Origin: Narcine bancroftii | Lineage: Eukaryota | Direction of reading: 5' to 3' | DNA length: 64,000 bases | NCBI RefSeq assembly: GCF_036971445.1 | Contig: NC_091478.1 | Span: forward strand, 80,600,001-80,664,000 | Translations under genes and position numbers: made by a program | The notes under the pieces: generated by a model | Databases searched by the model: none | What the model saw: only the letters and a program-made list of their open reading frames with translations | Told to the model about the DNA's origin: nothing | Part shown: positions 1-12,604 of the stretch, one piece after another | Numbering within the stretch: the first letter of the stretch is position 1 | How the letters are laid out: each line of letters starts with the position of its first letter

Positions 1-347
1 TGTTCCTTTTTTGCATCAAATATAAATAACCTCAGGCTTACTTGAATAAACTTGAGCATATATTCTCTTAAATGTCTATTTCAAATTTTTTTTAATTTAA
101 AATTCTAAGCAAGCAAGTGAACAAAAAGTTTATGTATCTTTCAAAACCTGAAGGAAGATTAAGGCTGTAATGTCAGTGAAATTTTCTTCCGTGATGGAGA
201 ATTTAGGTAATAATCACTTTTTGCTCAAATAGATGTTGGAAACATAACTTAAATTGTCAGCTTTTTATATTCTTGAATAGCAATTAAAAAAAAGTAAGAC
301 CATAATATCACTTGCCTATGGTTTCCTTGTCAATTGACTAGATCCAC

Positions 348-531
348 NNNNNNNNNNNNNNNNNNNNNNNNNNNNNNNNNNNNNNNNNNNNNNNNNNNNN
401 NNNNNNNNNNNNNNNNNNNNNNNNNNNNNNNNNNNNNNNNNNNNNNNNNNNNNNNNNNNNNNNNNNNNNNNNNNNNNNNNNNNNNNNNNNNNNNNNNNNN
501 NNNNNNNNNNNNNNNNNNNNNNNNNNNNNNN
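348..531. other. Assembly gap (184 N)
   Basis: Run of N. Confidence 0.99.
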
Positions 532-1306
532 GGAAAATGTTTTCTCAGATTATTTAGTGGAACATTCGCCAATTATCTAACTGCAGTAAAATCTATTGAT
601 TGCTCTGTTAGGTATGATTGAACAGTCTTTGCAGTTTTAACAGAGGCATTTTTAACAACAAAGTAATTGTGAAATTATACTCTGTAAACAGTGCAGAGTT
701 AATGATTGTTTTGTACTTCCAACAAAAGTGCAGTCATTCTGTATTTTTAGAACTGATTTGCCAAATGCTGTCATAGGGCATTATGAAGATTTTAATCATT
801 CAATCCATTCAGCCTGCCTATTTGTTGTCTTTCTCGGTCTCTATCAACTATTTTTTAAACACTTATGGACTCGTGTATGATGGTCTCATTCACAAATGGG
901 ACTTTCACTCAAAGTAATTAGTTTTGGTAAACTAATATATAAATGGATCTAATTTTCAAAGTTTACTATTTACCAAAATTAAATTTAATTGCAACAATAT
1001 TAAATTTATGAGGATAGAATCTTTTAAGTTTATCTACATTCATCAGCCAGCCAACTCATGTTTCAGAACCTATTTTCAAGCACTCATTGGACCATTAGTG
1101 CACTGTTCTGTTTCTAGTTGCCCAGCTCTAGTTGGGAGCTGGAACAGATGGTGTCTTTCATTTATATCTGCTTCATTCAGGGTAGTCACATCATGGACGG
1201 AATTTGCAGCAGATTTATCCCGATACAACCAATCGATCAGTGGAATAGTGAATCACTCAGTGGCTTTCTATCTAATACTGGTAGGTTTAAATTAAGGTCA
1301 AGGGTA

Positions 1307-1522
1307 GGTCCGCACGGTTAGTGCAGTAGTTGGTGCAAGAGACACGGGTTCAAGTCTGGTGCTATCTGTAAGGAGATTGCATGTTCTCCCTGTGTTTGTG
1401 TGGATTTCCACTGAAGGCTCTGGTCTACTCATACCCTTCAAATACATATGGGGATTGCAGGTCAATTGGGTGTGCGAGCTGAAATGGCCTGTTACCGCGC
1501 TGTGTGTCTAAATTTTTTTTTT
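1307..1522 (+). mobile_element. tRNA-derived V-domain SINE (short family ending GGCCTGTTACCGTGCTGTATGTCTAAATTT)
   Basis: B-box-like GGGTTCAAGTC; V-domain-like TGTAAGGAG..TGCATGTTCTCCCTGTG; tail shared with 7 other copies in the window. Confidence 0.85.
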
Positions 1523-1842
1523 AATTAACTGGAAACTTCATTTAGAACAGTGTTTAGTGATTGATTCACCAAAGTGTCATTGTCACAATGGTGCAAGGAG
1601 ATTGCATTTGACTAAAAGACATGCAGAACAAGTGATGTTTTATTTTCAAACATGCAAATGTCCAACCTGATCTTATTGGGGTTAAAACAAAACCTTCAAA
1701 TGGTGACTTGGGGCTGTACAATTAAGATCTAGTTACTGTTCTCCACAGTTTTCATCTCCTTAGAGAAATGATACTTCCGCTATAGTTTACAGGTGATTTT
1801 TGTTTTCTCTTGAACATTTTGGGAAGTGAAAATGTCAAGCTG

Positions 1843-2785
1843 GTGGGCAGAACAGTGGTAGGATGAGCAGAGCTGCAGCCCCATTTCTCCAATGACCCAA
1901 TTTTAATCATGTCCTTGGGCACTGTCTTTGTGGAGCTTGCATGTTCCCCCTTTAATTGCACTGGTTTCTTCCTGGTGCTCCAACTCCCTCCTTCCCTATC
2001 TTGAAAAAGTGCAGGCCATTTGGTTAATTGGCTGCTGTAAATTGTCCCTTGTATTCAGGTGAATGGTATAATGTGGGGAGAGCTCAGATTTATTGTCAGA
2101 GTACATATATGACATTACATACAACCCTGAGATTCCTTTTTCCTGAGGGCCCAGCAGAAAAACCACTAATTGGTAGTGCAAAAAATAAACTGTACACAGC
2201 GTTACACATGTAAACAAACAAAGATCTGTAAACAAACTCTGCAGTACAGAGAGAACAAAAAGAAAATCAATTAAGTGCTCAAGTAAGAGTCGCTGATTAA
2301 GTTTGTCTTTCAGGAGTGCGATGGGGGTGGGTAACAACTGTTCCTGAACCTGGTGATGCGGGTTTTGTGGCACCTAGACCCCTTTACTGATGGCAGCAGC
2401 GAGAACAGAGCATGTGCTGGGTGGTGAGGGTCTTAGATGATTGCTGCTGCTCCCTGGAGATGTGCTCAATAGTGGGGAGGGTTTTTCCTGTGACGTCTGG
2501 GCTGTGTCCATTACCTTTTATGCTCAGGGGTATTGGTGTTTCCATACCAGACTGTGATGCAGCTGGTCATCACACTTTCTACCACACCTCTGTAGAAATT
2601 TGCTAGGGTGACCGATGTCATACCAAACCTCTGCAAACTCCAGAGGAAGTCAAGGTGCTGAGCTGCTTTGCTCATAATCAGAGTTGATGAGAATGTGGGG
2701 ATGAAATAGGGATTTGTGTGAATGGGTCTTTGATATTCAATGTACACTCAGTGGGCCAGAGGGTCTTTTACCAGGCATCTATGAG
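1843..2785 (+). mobile_element. HE1-like V-SINE split by a nested Rex/Babar LINE fragment
   Basis: V domain TGTGGAGCTTGCATGTTCCCC at ~1930 and TTAATTGGCTGCTGTAAATTGTCCC at ~2025; CR1-type tail GTGGGCCAGAGGGTCT resumes at ~2680-2780. Confidence 0.65.
2085..2672 (-). mobile_element. Rex1/Babar LINE 3' fragment
   Basis: ORF 2511-2747(-) gives KAAQHLDFLWSLQRFGM..LANFYRGVVESVMTSCITVWYGN, typical of the Rex/Babar RT C-terminus; 3' UTR ends GACAATAAATCT on the minus strand. Confidence 0.85.
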
Positions 2786-2819
2786 TCTGATTAATGAGAA
2801 AAAAAGATTGGTGTAATTT

Positions 2820-2994
2820 GGCAAAGGAGGAAAAACCCAACACCCAACCCCAACCCACCAATTTTCCCCTGCAGCCGCTGCAACCGTGTCTGCCTGTCCC
2901 GCATCGGATTTGTCAGCCATCAACGAGCCTGCAGCTGACGTGGACTTTTACCCCCTCCATAAATCTTCGTCCGCGAAGCCAAGCCAAAGAAAGA
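2820..2994 (+). mobile_element. RTE-clade LINE 3' end
   Basis: Near-identical to the 3' end of the copies at 12605-13837 and 58626-59155; ends CGCGAAGCCAAGCCAAAGAAAGA. Confidence 0.9.
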
Positions 2995-4872
2995 TATGAA
3001 TGCACTGTTAACATTGGTGAGTATTATTGTCTACTGGTCACTGGAACATTGGTTGGACTGAGGATGATGCAACAATTTATTTGATTCCGTGTAAAACATT
3101 ATACCAAGCTTCAATGCATGATCCTGGTATAAATCCTTCAAATGAGCTAAATATTTATCGCATAAAAATTGTATTGATAAATCTGTTTTGTGAGTGCATA
3201 AAGTCATGTAAACTCCTCAGTGACCAATTTCCAAAGCTGTTTGTTATTTCAGTTTTTCTACCCTTGTTCTTTACTCAGCAAGACATTCATAAATGTTATG
3301 AAATAATTAAAGTAGTTGGAGTGAGCCTTTCATGTGTTATGGTATCACTGGCACTAAACATAATGATTTTGTATAGCTTAATTGCTATTTTTGCTATTTA
3401 ACTTTGGAATGAAGATGTGCTAATACCATCAAAACCTGAGAAAAGAAAGCTTGGCTCAACCTTTACTCAGTGCATTAGTCCAATTACTTGCACAATCTTG
3501 TGCTTCCTATAAACCCATAATAATCTCTTTATTATATTATGTGCTCCTTCATTTCAGGATTGTTCTGGTTTTCACAGCTGGTTTTAGTAGGCTGCTGTCA
3601 CCTGCTGTTCTCTCATCTCTTCTTGTGTGGTAGACTTTTCCTATAATTTACCTATCAATCTATTATTTTGCTGCCAAACTGTACAAAGCAATCATTCATT
3701 ATTCTGAAGAGCAAGCAGAGAGAAAAAACCCGCTCTTAAATCTGTTATTTTAGAATCTCAACAGTTCGTCAGACAACACTGAGGCTTAACTATTTCCCAG
3801 AGTGCTCTGCATTTCTACATTTCATCAGGAAGCTTTGTCCCGTGGGACACCATCATCTCAAGGCACTCAGAATGCCATGAAAACATAAAACCCCATCTGG
3901 TCCATTTAATGATTTCTATTTGATGAATTTTTCCATTCATGAAGGAAAATATTACCACAGGGGATGGCTCGCAGCACACACTACCCTATTGCCTCTTCTA
4001 AGTCATGACTGATGATCATCCAGCCGCCCACAATCAAAACAACAGAGAAAACACACGATGTCATTGGTTCTTAAAAAAAAGTCAACAGATGACTTTTGAT
4101 ATTTTTTTTCTTTGTTTTTAGCATACTGTGAAATTGAATCATATTTAATTAGAAACGAGCTAATCAATCATTTTGAATGAAGACTTCTGAATAGTGTTAC
4201 TTTAGAAAGCAGGGAAAGCATAAGGGAGCACCTTGGAAATTTAAACCATGCAACGCTTGTAATATTAAAAGAAAGTTGTCAGATAAAACAAAGGAAGGCT
4301 GTTTGCTTATGGCTGTACATTGGCAGCTTTGCTAACATGTTCGAACAGATGACATGAATTAGCAAATCAGTGCATGACTAACCAAAAGCTAATACTTCCA
4401 AAAAACCTTCAGGAAAAGCTCATGATCAAATATATACAAAGGTTAGTTCAGACCCCATGGCCTCTCTAGGTTTTTGATACTGTCACCTTTTGAGGCACGT
4501 CAAGATCAATTTCCCCTAATAGAAATCACTTCAGTAGCACGATAATTGGCCTATCATTTTTTCCTGATTAAATGGCAGCTAGAGATAAGTCCACAGAAGA
4601 TTATGAACAAGTCACTGGGAACATGCCTGCAAGTTTCTTTTACCATCCAACTGGCTTTGGTATCATGAAATAATATTTTGATGGGAAATTAATTTCAGGG
4701 AAGACAAATGTTAAAACTGACAATGACAGTTCCTATCTTTGGTGTCACTTTTATCCTGAGCCTCGTTCCCTTACCATAGCCAATGTACTGTAGAGACTGC
4801 TGTTATGCAATCCATGCTTGCAAAATCAGGGCTCATTCACGTTGGAAATTTGATGTAAATTTGTACGTACTG

Positions 4873-5285
4873 CAAGTATGTGTCGCTTAACATCTGTTCA
4901 GGCAATGTCCGACTGCATATACATCCATGATCCATGCTGGCAAGTACACAGCAGTTTAGAAAAAGCGATCGCTGGCTACAGGAAATTACCAACTGTATAC
5001 TCAAACTGATTCGAATTCGCCACTCTCTCCCCACAGCCCTGCATCAGTCTCAAATAACCCCATTGCCCTGCACTCTCCGCATAGCCCTCTATCAGCCCCA
5101 CACTGATCCCACTGCCCCGCTCTCTACCTACAGCCCCGTGTCAGTCCCCACACTGATCCCTCCTTACAAGTAAAAAGTTTACTGGTACAGTAAAGTATCC
5201 CATATAGTTTTTCAAAGTATATAATATGGTGTTTGAACAACGTCCACATCATAAAATGCCCAATTTCTCAGAACGTGCATACCTG
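4873..5285. mobile_element. Tigger-like non-autonomous DNA element (degraded)
   Basis: Left end CAAGTATGTGTCGCTTAAC; right end ATTTCTCAGAACGTGCATACCTG followed by TA; resembles Tigger3/MER7-type termini; internal CCCCACACTGATCCC repeated twice. Confidence 0.5.
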
Positions 5286-5737
5286 TATATTAGTTCTTGT
5301 ATCATTTATATCTTAGAGTAATCTAGTACAAAGCAAGGCCACCTATCTAAGAACCCTTGTGTGAGCTCTTTGAAAGACCTAACCAATTGATCCCCTTCAC
5401 TTGACCTTTCTCTATTGCTGGTAGATTTTGTCCTCTTTACGTATCCAATATCCTTTGAAATGTTACTGTTGAGCTAAACATTTACTCTCCTGTCTAGAAT
5501 AACTCACAATAAAAGGTATCCTCACCTACCCAATTATTCTTTTGACCTGATTGTTATCAGTGAATTTCACCCAATATATTCAAATCATGCATTTCTTTTC
5601 TCAACAGATTTTACAAAAATACAAACCTTGGGGAAAGAGTCTGGTTGATGATTGTTTAAACAGCCAGGCAGAAATCAACAATAATTGAAAATGTGTTTGT
5701 TTGTAGACAATAAAACTGGCATTTCTTCAGAATATCC

Positions 5738-6062
5738 TCTTCTTTCTTCTTTGGCTTGGCTTCGCGGACGAAGATTTATGGAGGGGGTAAAAAGTCCACG
5801 TCAGCTGCAGGCTCGTTTGTGGCTGACAAGTCCGATGCGGGACAGGCAGACGGGTTTTTCCTCCTTTGCCTTTTGTCAGTGAGGTGGGCTCTGCGGTCTT
5901 CTTCAAAGGAGGTTGCTGCCCGCCAAACTGTGAGGCGCCAAGATGCACGGTTTGAGGCGTTATCAGCCCACTGGCGGTGGTCAATGTGGCAGGCACCAAG
6001 AGATTTCTTTAGGCAGTCCTTGTACCTTTTCTTTGGTGCACCTCTGTCACGGTGGCCAGTGG
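5738..6062 (-). mobile_element. 5'-truncated RTE LINE with 9-bp TSD
   Basis: TSD AGAATATCC at 5729-5737 and 6063-6071; encodes STGHRDRGAPKKRYKDCLK; internal deletion near 5851. Confidence 0.92.
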
Positions 6063-6477
6063 AGAATATCCAATCAGTGTTAAAACTCATCAGTCAGGAA
6101 GTATTTTTGTCAAGGCAACAATTTGATTGTACTTCTGACACTAGTGCTACACAGAGCTTCTGACTGTGAGTATTCTAATCTGTTGATTAATATCGAGGGG
6201 ATAACCTCAATGGGCCCTGTATCATTGAAGTGTTGTGCTCAGCTGAGGTGATTAGTGATTATTGGGAATGAAGATAGGGAAATTTGTCTTTCTCCAGTAA
6301 TTGCCAGTCATAAACATGCATGAGTATTGGTTATGGATTTTATCCAATTTGAATCCAATAATTGATTTGAACATATTTAGCACCAAGTAAAGCATAGTAC
6401 TTATTTTCATAGAGGGACTCAAAATTCCTTGACACAGACTGTAAGTTTGAATATTCCCAATTAAATATAGGAATGTA

Positions 6478-6720
6478 GGGTGGCACAGTTAGCATAGCAA
6501 TTAGGGCAACACTGTTACTGTACTAGTGATCGGGACCAGAGATCAAATCCTGCAATATCTTTAAGGAGTTTGGACGTTCTCCCCATGTCTGCGTGTGTTT
6601 ACCCTGGAGGGCTCCAGTTTCCTCCTACCCTTCAAAATGTAGGTCAGTTGGGAGTAATTGGGTGGCACAGGCTCATGGGCCAAAAGGGCCTGTTACCATG
6701 CGGTATGTCTAAATTTTAAA
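6478..6720 (+). mobile_element. V-domain SINE
   Basis: GGGTGGCACAGTTAGC head, V domain, GGCCTGTTACCATGCGGTATGTCTAAATTT tail. Confidence 0.88.
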
Positions 6721-7985
6721 AGTATATAATTTTTTAAATTAAACTTAAAATATCTTTCTGATGTTGCTGTCTCTTCTCTCTAGGCCTGAGTCACTGTACC
6801 AGGTCATTAAAATTGCATTAAGCATCATTTATTTGTTGTTGGACCAGCAACAAAGCTCCCCAAATGGAAGAAAATAAGATCTTTGCAAATTCAGCTCTGT
6901 GAAATTAGGTTCTTCAGTGAATGTTTCAAAGTCACCCGATGCATCCAAGGCTTTTCCTTTTAACTGAGTTAGCAGGATTATAATACTTGTTTTCATGGAA
7001 TGGCCAAAATAGCGCTGGAGTTTAGAAGCTGAGAATTCTATGACAGTTGCATCATCCTTGTGGATATTCAATTGTCCAGTCCCCTTGCCTGTTTTAATTA
7101 TTAAGAGTTCTATTCATATTACTGCAATCACTTGGCTCACAGGAGAATCTCTGTACACTTGATGTGTGGTATCCTCAGTATTATTTATCGTCTTTTCTTG
7201 CTTGCCCCACATTTAATCATTTTGTGCAAGTTTTATTTCCACAAATGTTAACAATTGTCATGGTTTATAGCACATACACCCCTTTCACTATGTGAAATAT
7301 ATATTTTGCATTATACATGAAGTTATACATTTTTAACACCTTGCATGGGGCATTGTTTAAACCAACTCTTGAACCCAAGTTGCCTTATTAGCATGCTTTG
7401 CCAATCTAGACATCACGTATTCAGCAGGGTAAAGGTGTAGGTTTGTCAAGTGAAAAGTTGCCACTGTGGCGGCCCGCAATTGTGGAAATCGGGCTGGCAC
7501 ATCGCGCGGCAACAGACGCAGACAGAGATCGCTAAAGCGACTCCCAGGACAACGAACCGATGGAGGTAGAAGCTGAGGCAGCATCAGACCAACAGCCCTA
7601 AAATGGCATTGGTCAAGCTGCCCAGCGAACTCAGCAGAAACAGGCTGGGGAAGAAGGGCCTTCAGATGCATGGATGTTCCCGTCTGCTATTGTTATTCAT
7701 AGGGCTGACTCAGTCAATCAGCATAAACGGCAGGAACTCGAACAGTATGAAAGCAGCCTTTCCAGGCCTAATAAAGTGAGTGAGCTTAACCTGCCACATT
7801 GTGTGTGTTTCTTTGTAGCGGTCAGCCACACCACTAGTATTTTACCTCGGCTTTGCTTAATACAAAGCAAGCAAAAAGTAGGTTTTGGTGTTCAGCAACA
7901 ATACAGGTGACTGATAAATTATTCTTATTGTTTCTCTTCATGTTGCATGTAGAATGATGGAATGCATACGCCTGCTATCACAAAT

Positions 7986-8235
7986 TCGTTTTTAGACATA
8001 CAGCACAGTAACAGGTCCTTTCGGTGCACAAACCCGTGCCGCCCAAATGCACCCAATTGACCGACACCCCAGTATGTTTTTGAATGGTGGGAGAAAATCA
8101 GAGCACCTGGAGGAAACCTACACAAACACAGGGATGAACGTACAAACTCCTTACAGACAGCGCAGGATTTGAATCCCCCAGTCCCAGTCACTGGCACCCA
8201 GCATTGAGTTGCGCTAACTGCTATGTTAGCCATGA
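7986..8235 (-). mobile_element. V-domain SINE
   Basis: Reverse complement of the same family (TTTAGACATACAGCACAGTAACAGG...ACAAACTCCTTACAGACAG). Confidence 0.88.
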
Positions 8236-10730
8236 ACTTCATAAACTCTAAACATGAGTCCTTTTTTCATCTGTTGGATGCAGATGCTAAGAAAATAATA
8301 TGTGCCTGAATTGTGTCTTTAGTAATATTGTGGTGGATTATTTAAAAATTGGTGTTTAATTTGCTTGGAGTTATAATTACAACTACTTGGCGCTTTCTTT
8401 ACTCTTCAAGCAAACAATGACTCAAAGGCCCATCTTTTTTATCTATTAGGGAGTATGGCTAATCAACAGCTCTTAACTATATTAAATAACATTGAAGCCC
8501 TCAAAGTGAAATAAGTTTAAGAAAAAAAACACACAAGCTTTATGATATTGAGTGGCAATTATGCCTCAGGTCAATGAGAATTAACTTGGAATATAACAGA
8601 AAGTAAGGGTAGCCTCTCCAGGAAAAGTAATTAATCTTTCAGAGAATTTTCAGGCTAAGAAACCAATTCACTGGCATTGATGGAACGGCACCTGTGTGGC
8701 TTTAATCTCAGCACGTCGATACATGCAAACTGCTTTATCCTTACCAAAAAACACTTTCTGACCAATGATATTTTACTCATGGAAGCAAAGTTCCAACAAT
8801 CATTTGGTTCCTCTTACTTTGTCTTCAAACATGGACAACTCAAATGCACTTGGAAGTGCACTTGGAGGACACCTTCTAACATTCACCATTCATTTAAAGC
8901 TGAAAAGCAAAGATTTAAGATGGTGTCATTGTATCTTTATGTACCACTGTAAATTGTTAATGTAGCTAAGTTGTAGCACTGCACTGGATGGATTCCTTAA
9001 ATCTGTAACAAATATAGGCTCAGTGACAATTTCATTTAAAAACAAAATGCGATTTTATGTACAATACTTCTGAAATTTATCTGGCCACAATACCTATTGT
9101 GCCCAGATAAATCTCTCTATGCTTCCTTTGTAATGTCAGAATGTTGTTCCTCAGGACACAAGAGCTTGTCCCTAGAACATTGGATGTGTTCATGTATCAT
9201 TAGTGGACAGAGTAGAGGCTGGTAAATTGAGCTGATGGGCTGAGCTTGAGTCAGATTGATTCATATGGTTCAGCTGGGTCGGGCGATGCCATTTCAGCCT
9301 GACTCAAGACTTTATCCAGGTCAATTTGACTTGGTGGAGCCATGCTCAGTCAAAGAGTGACTTGACCTGGAACATGGGAAGTTGAGTTCCATGGATGGAT
9401 TTCTAATTTGATTTGGTATCAGCGCCAAGGTGCAATACTTTGCAAGTGACTGGATGTCGAATATCACCAAAGATGAGAAGTACTTTCTTGAGCATTAGCT
9501 TTCAATTGTGCCGTGATCAGGCAGTGATATCCAGTCATGGTGGGTGAGGAACTTCGCAAGGGTTTAACTCCCTAATTTCAAGGTGAATGGCAAGTATCTC
9601 AAAGCACTATTCTGCAAATGGCTTTGGATTGGATCAGCTTGGATGAGGAAAACATGTGCTTTTTGGATGGGTTTGGATTGGATGAGGTTGGATCAGATTT
9701 TCATTTTACACTTGTGCAAATCTCTCTCTACATTGAATATCCTTTCTAATATAACTTGGAAAACACTTTGTTGTCTTGGTGTCAATTTCCAAAGAAAGTC
9801 ATGAATACCTTCCAAGCAGGGTAGTGCAATAGCAATATTGGTTGATGTGCTGGGGGTGGGGTTTAAATAGACAAATCACAAATGGCAGCTGTGTCTAATT
9901 AACATTCTAAATCATGGATTTGGAGGCCATACATTCAATAACTTGGTGCTGACTCTTTGTAATTAATGGACCAGTGTTGGTCATTGGCCACATGCACTGA
10001 AAGGGGGTGATGTTGCTGGTGGCTCCAGTACTTCCCTTTAAAGAGGAAGTTAATAATGGAAAGAGCACTTGGAGTTTCTTTTAAGTGAGTCTCTGTGATT
10101 ATACTTGGGAAGTACACAGAGAAATGACTAAATGTACTGGAAAACATGAAGCTTCCAGATAATCTACATGAAGAGAGAAACATTGGCCTGGGACTCTGTA
10201 TTAAATGTGCCCTTTCATTCCTTGAATAACTTCCTTAAAACTAACCTCATAACACTTTCTTTAGCACAAATTGCAAATTATTGACAATCCATTCTCCAAA
10301 ATAATTTCCACTAGTTTTGGAACTATCACACAAGAAGTAGATCCCACCCACTCATCATGTGAGGACTTCACAAAAGCTTGTTGCCTCAAGAACACCAATA
10401 GGTAAGTTTTAAAAGATTTTAATTTTTTTCTGAAGAATTTGCTGCACAATTCACTTCACTTTAGCACACAGTCGTTTATAAACTTTCTCAAAGCTATTTC
10501 TAGTCCTTTGGAAATCACATTAGACACAGCTGGTGGATTGATATTGTGAAAAATATTTCTGTGAAAGGTTCATATTCAACAATATCAAATTTGCCAATTT
10601 ACTGGTTTTGAGTATATGTTGGAATTCGTTATTGCATTTTCTTAAAGTGTTGCTTAATAGATTTGATTTGTTTGCTGAAGTTTTACTGGATTGTATGCAA
10701 ATATGTTTGAGGGGAAACTTTCATGAGAAA

Positions 10731-10933
10731 AAATTTAGACAAGCAGCACAGTAACAGGGTCCCATACAGTCTGTAAAGAGTTGGTTGTTCTCCCTGTGTC
10801 ATTGTGTGGTTTCCTCAGGGACCCTGGTTTCCTCCAACCATTTGAAATGTACTGGGATTTGGAGGTTAATTGGGTGGCATAGGGTCATGGACCGAATTGG
10901 CCTGTTACCATGCTGTATGTCTAAATTTAATTT
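10731..10933 (+). mobile_element. Rearranged V-SINE with an inverted tail at its 5' side
   Basis: AAATTTAGACAAGCAGCACAGTAACAGG (10732-10759) is the reverse complement of the tail at 10901-10928. Confidence 0.75.
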
Positions 10934-11777
10934 ACCCATTCCACTCAAATAGTATTGGTTTGTCACTGCGTTGAGACAATACCTCTGCTAATTTTCCGCC
11001 TTCCCACAGATGATCTGCAACTCACTCTATGGTTCACCTTTCCCAGCCCTCTGCTTGCATTTCTTTGTTATCTCCTTATGCTTAAGATTCAAGAGATTCT
11101 TTTATCATCATGTAATAAAATAGTGTAATATTACACAAAATTGCCTTTAGTCTGCCATAAGGCAGACAGATTTCCCATCATCAAAAATTTCCAGGTGCCT
11201 CTTACAGTCAGAGAAAGAGAAGCAAAAGAGATCCTTCCTTCCCCCACAGACTCGCTGAGTGTCCATGGACAGCCTGTGTGTTCCTCAGCTTCAGAGCCCC
11301 TCAACAGGCTTGGGGGGAGGGGCTACCTATTTTCTGGTGCCCTGCACCAGTCCTCTGCTTCCCCAGAATCTTCAACCCCTTGTGGCCGTTACCAGTCATA
11401 GGCCCACAATCTTGAGTCCGGATTCCGTGGACACAGGATTTTAAATAAAACCACCTTCTGTTCCTTTAGCAGGTCATTTAAAGCCTGTAGAGAGCCGGTG
11501 ACAGTTGGATTGGGTGGTTCGACCCCACGTGGCTGCACTGTCATTACAGTAGTGCCATCATTTTGAATTCCCTCTGAAATTATGTGCCATCTGAATGTAT
11601 CTTCCCTCTGATCTGAAGTCAGCTTATGATTTAACTGCTGCCACTCAACACCTTCCCCCATGATGCTGGTGACCATCCATATCTCATGCAGGGGGACTCT
11701 AAGTTACCTCACTTTGCTAAAGCAAATTTTCATGTATCTGCTGTCCAGAATTGTTGCAGAGTGAGAGGAGACCATCA

Positions 11778-12030
11778 GCGGCATGGTTGGCTTAACAGTT
11801 AGTACAACATCCTTAGAGCACCAGTGATTGGGATAGGGGTTAAAATCCCACGCTGTCTTTAAGAAGTTTGTACATTCTCCCCATATCTGCATGGAATTTC
11901 CTGGGGGCTCTAGTTTCCTCCCACTGTTCAAAATGTACCAAGAGTGTAAGTTAATTGGGTGTAAATTGGGTGGAACAGACTCATGGGCCAAAATGGCCTG
12001 CGATCGTGCAGTATGTCTAATTTTTTTTTA
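11778..12030 (+). mobile_element. V-domain SINE
   Basis: Same head, V domain and tail. Confidence 0.85.
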
Positions 12031-12604
12031 AAGTAACAATTTAAAATTTAGCTCTTTGACTTTTGTGCTTGTTCACTATCGATAAATGCATTGAATTCAA
12101 TTATGTTCTTCCCCACACACCTTTGCCTGTAACCCTGCAAATTATTTTGCCTTGCATCTGTCCTTTTCAAAATCTTTGGTTCACTCTCATTCTAGAAGTT
12201 GCTGTGAGTTCCAGATCATCACCAAATTTTCCATTAAATAAGAAATTCTCCTTTCATCCCCTCTGCATCTTTTATTCTTCCCTTTGAACTTGTCTCCTTG
12301 CCTTCAACCCATCTGCCAATGGAAGTGGTTTCTCTCTGTTTGCCTCAGCTAGACCAGCCATGATCTTGTACAATTTTATCAAGTCACCTCTCAGTTTTCT
12401 TTCCTACCAGGTGAGCAAGCTCAGTTTCTCCTTCAAACCATCTCCCCAGGACTTTCATTTTTTTTTAATTTAAGGAGAAGAAATGGAGAGTCATCCTGTT
12501 GTAGTCTAGCTCAGTGGTTCTCTACTTGTTTCTTTCCACTCACATACCACTTTAAGTATTCCCTATGCCATAGGTGCTCTGTGATTAGTAAGAGATTACT
12601 TAAG

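Noticed and set aside
330-621. ORFs spanning the first gap (also 40191-40712)
   Set aside because: Artefacts of N runs
9200-9830. Possible ancient LINE remnant with TTGGA repeats
   Set aside because: Too degraded to support a call
11085-11720. Possible LINE 3' UTR on the minus strand
   Set aside because: Only the CAAGA-repeat end is suggestive; no protein motif to assign a family
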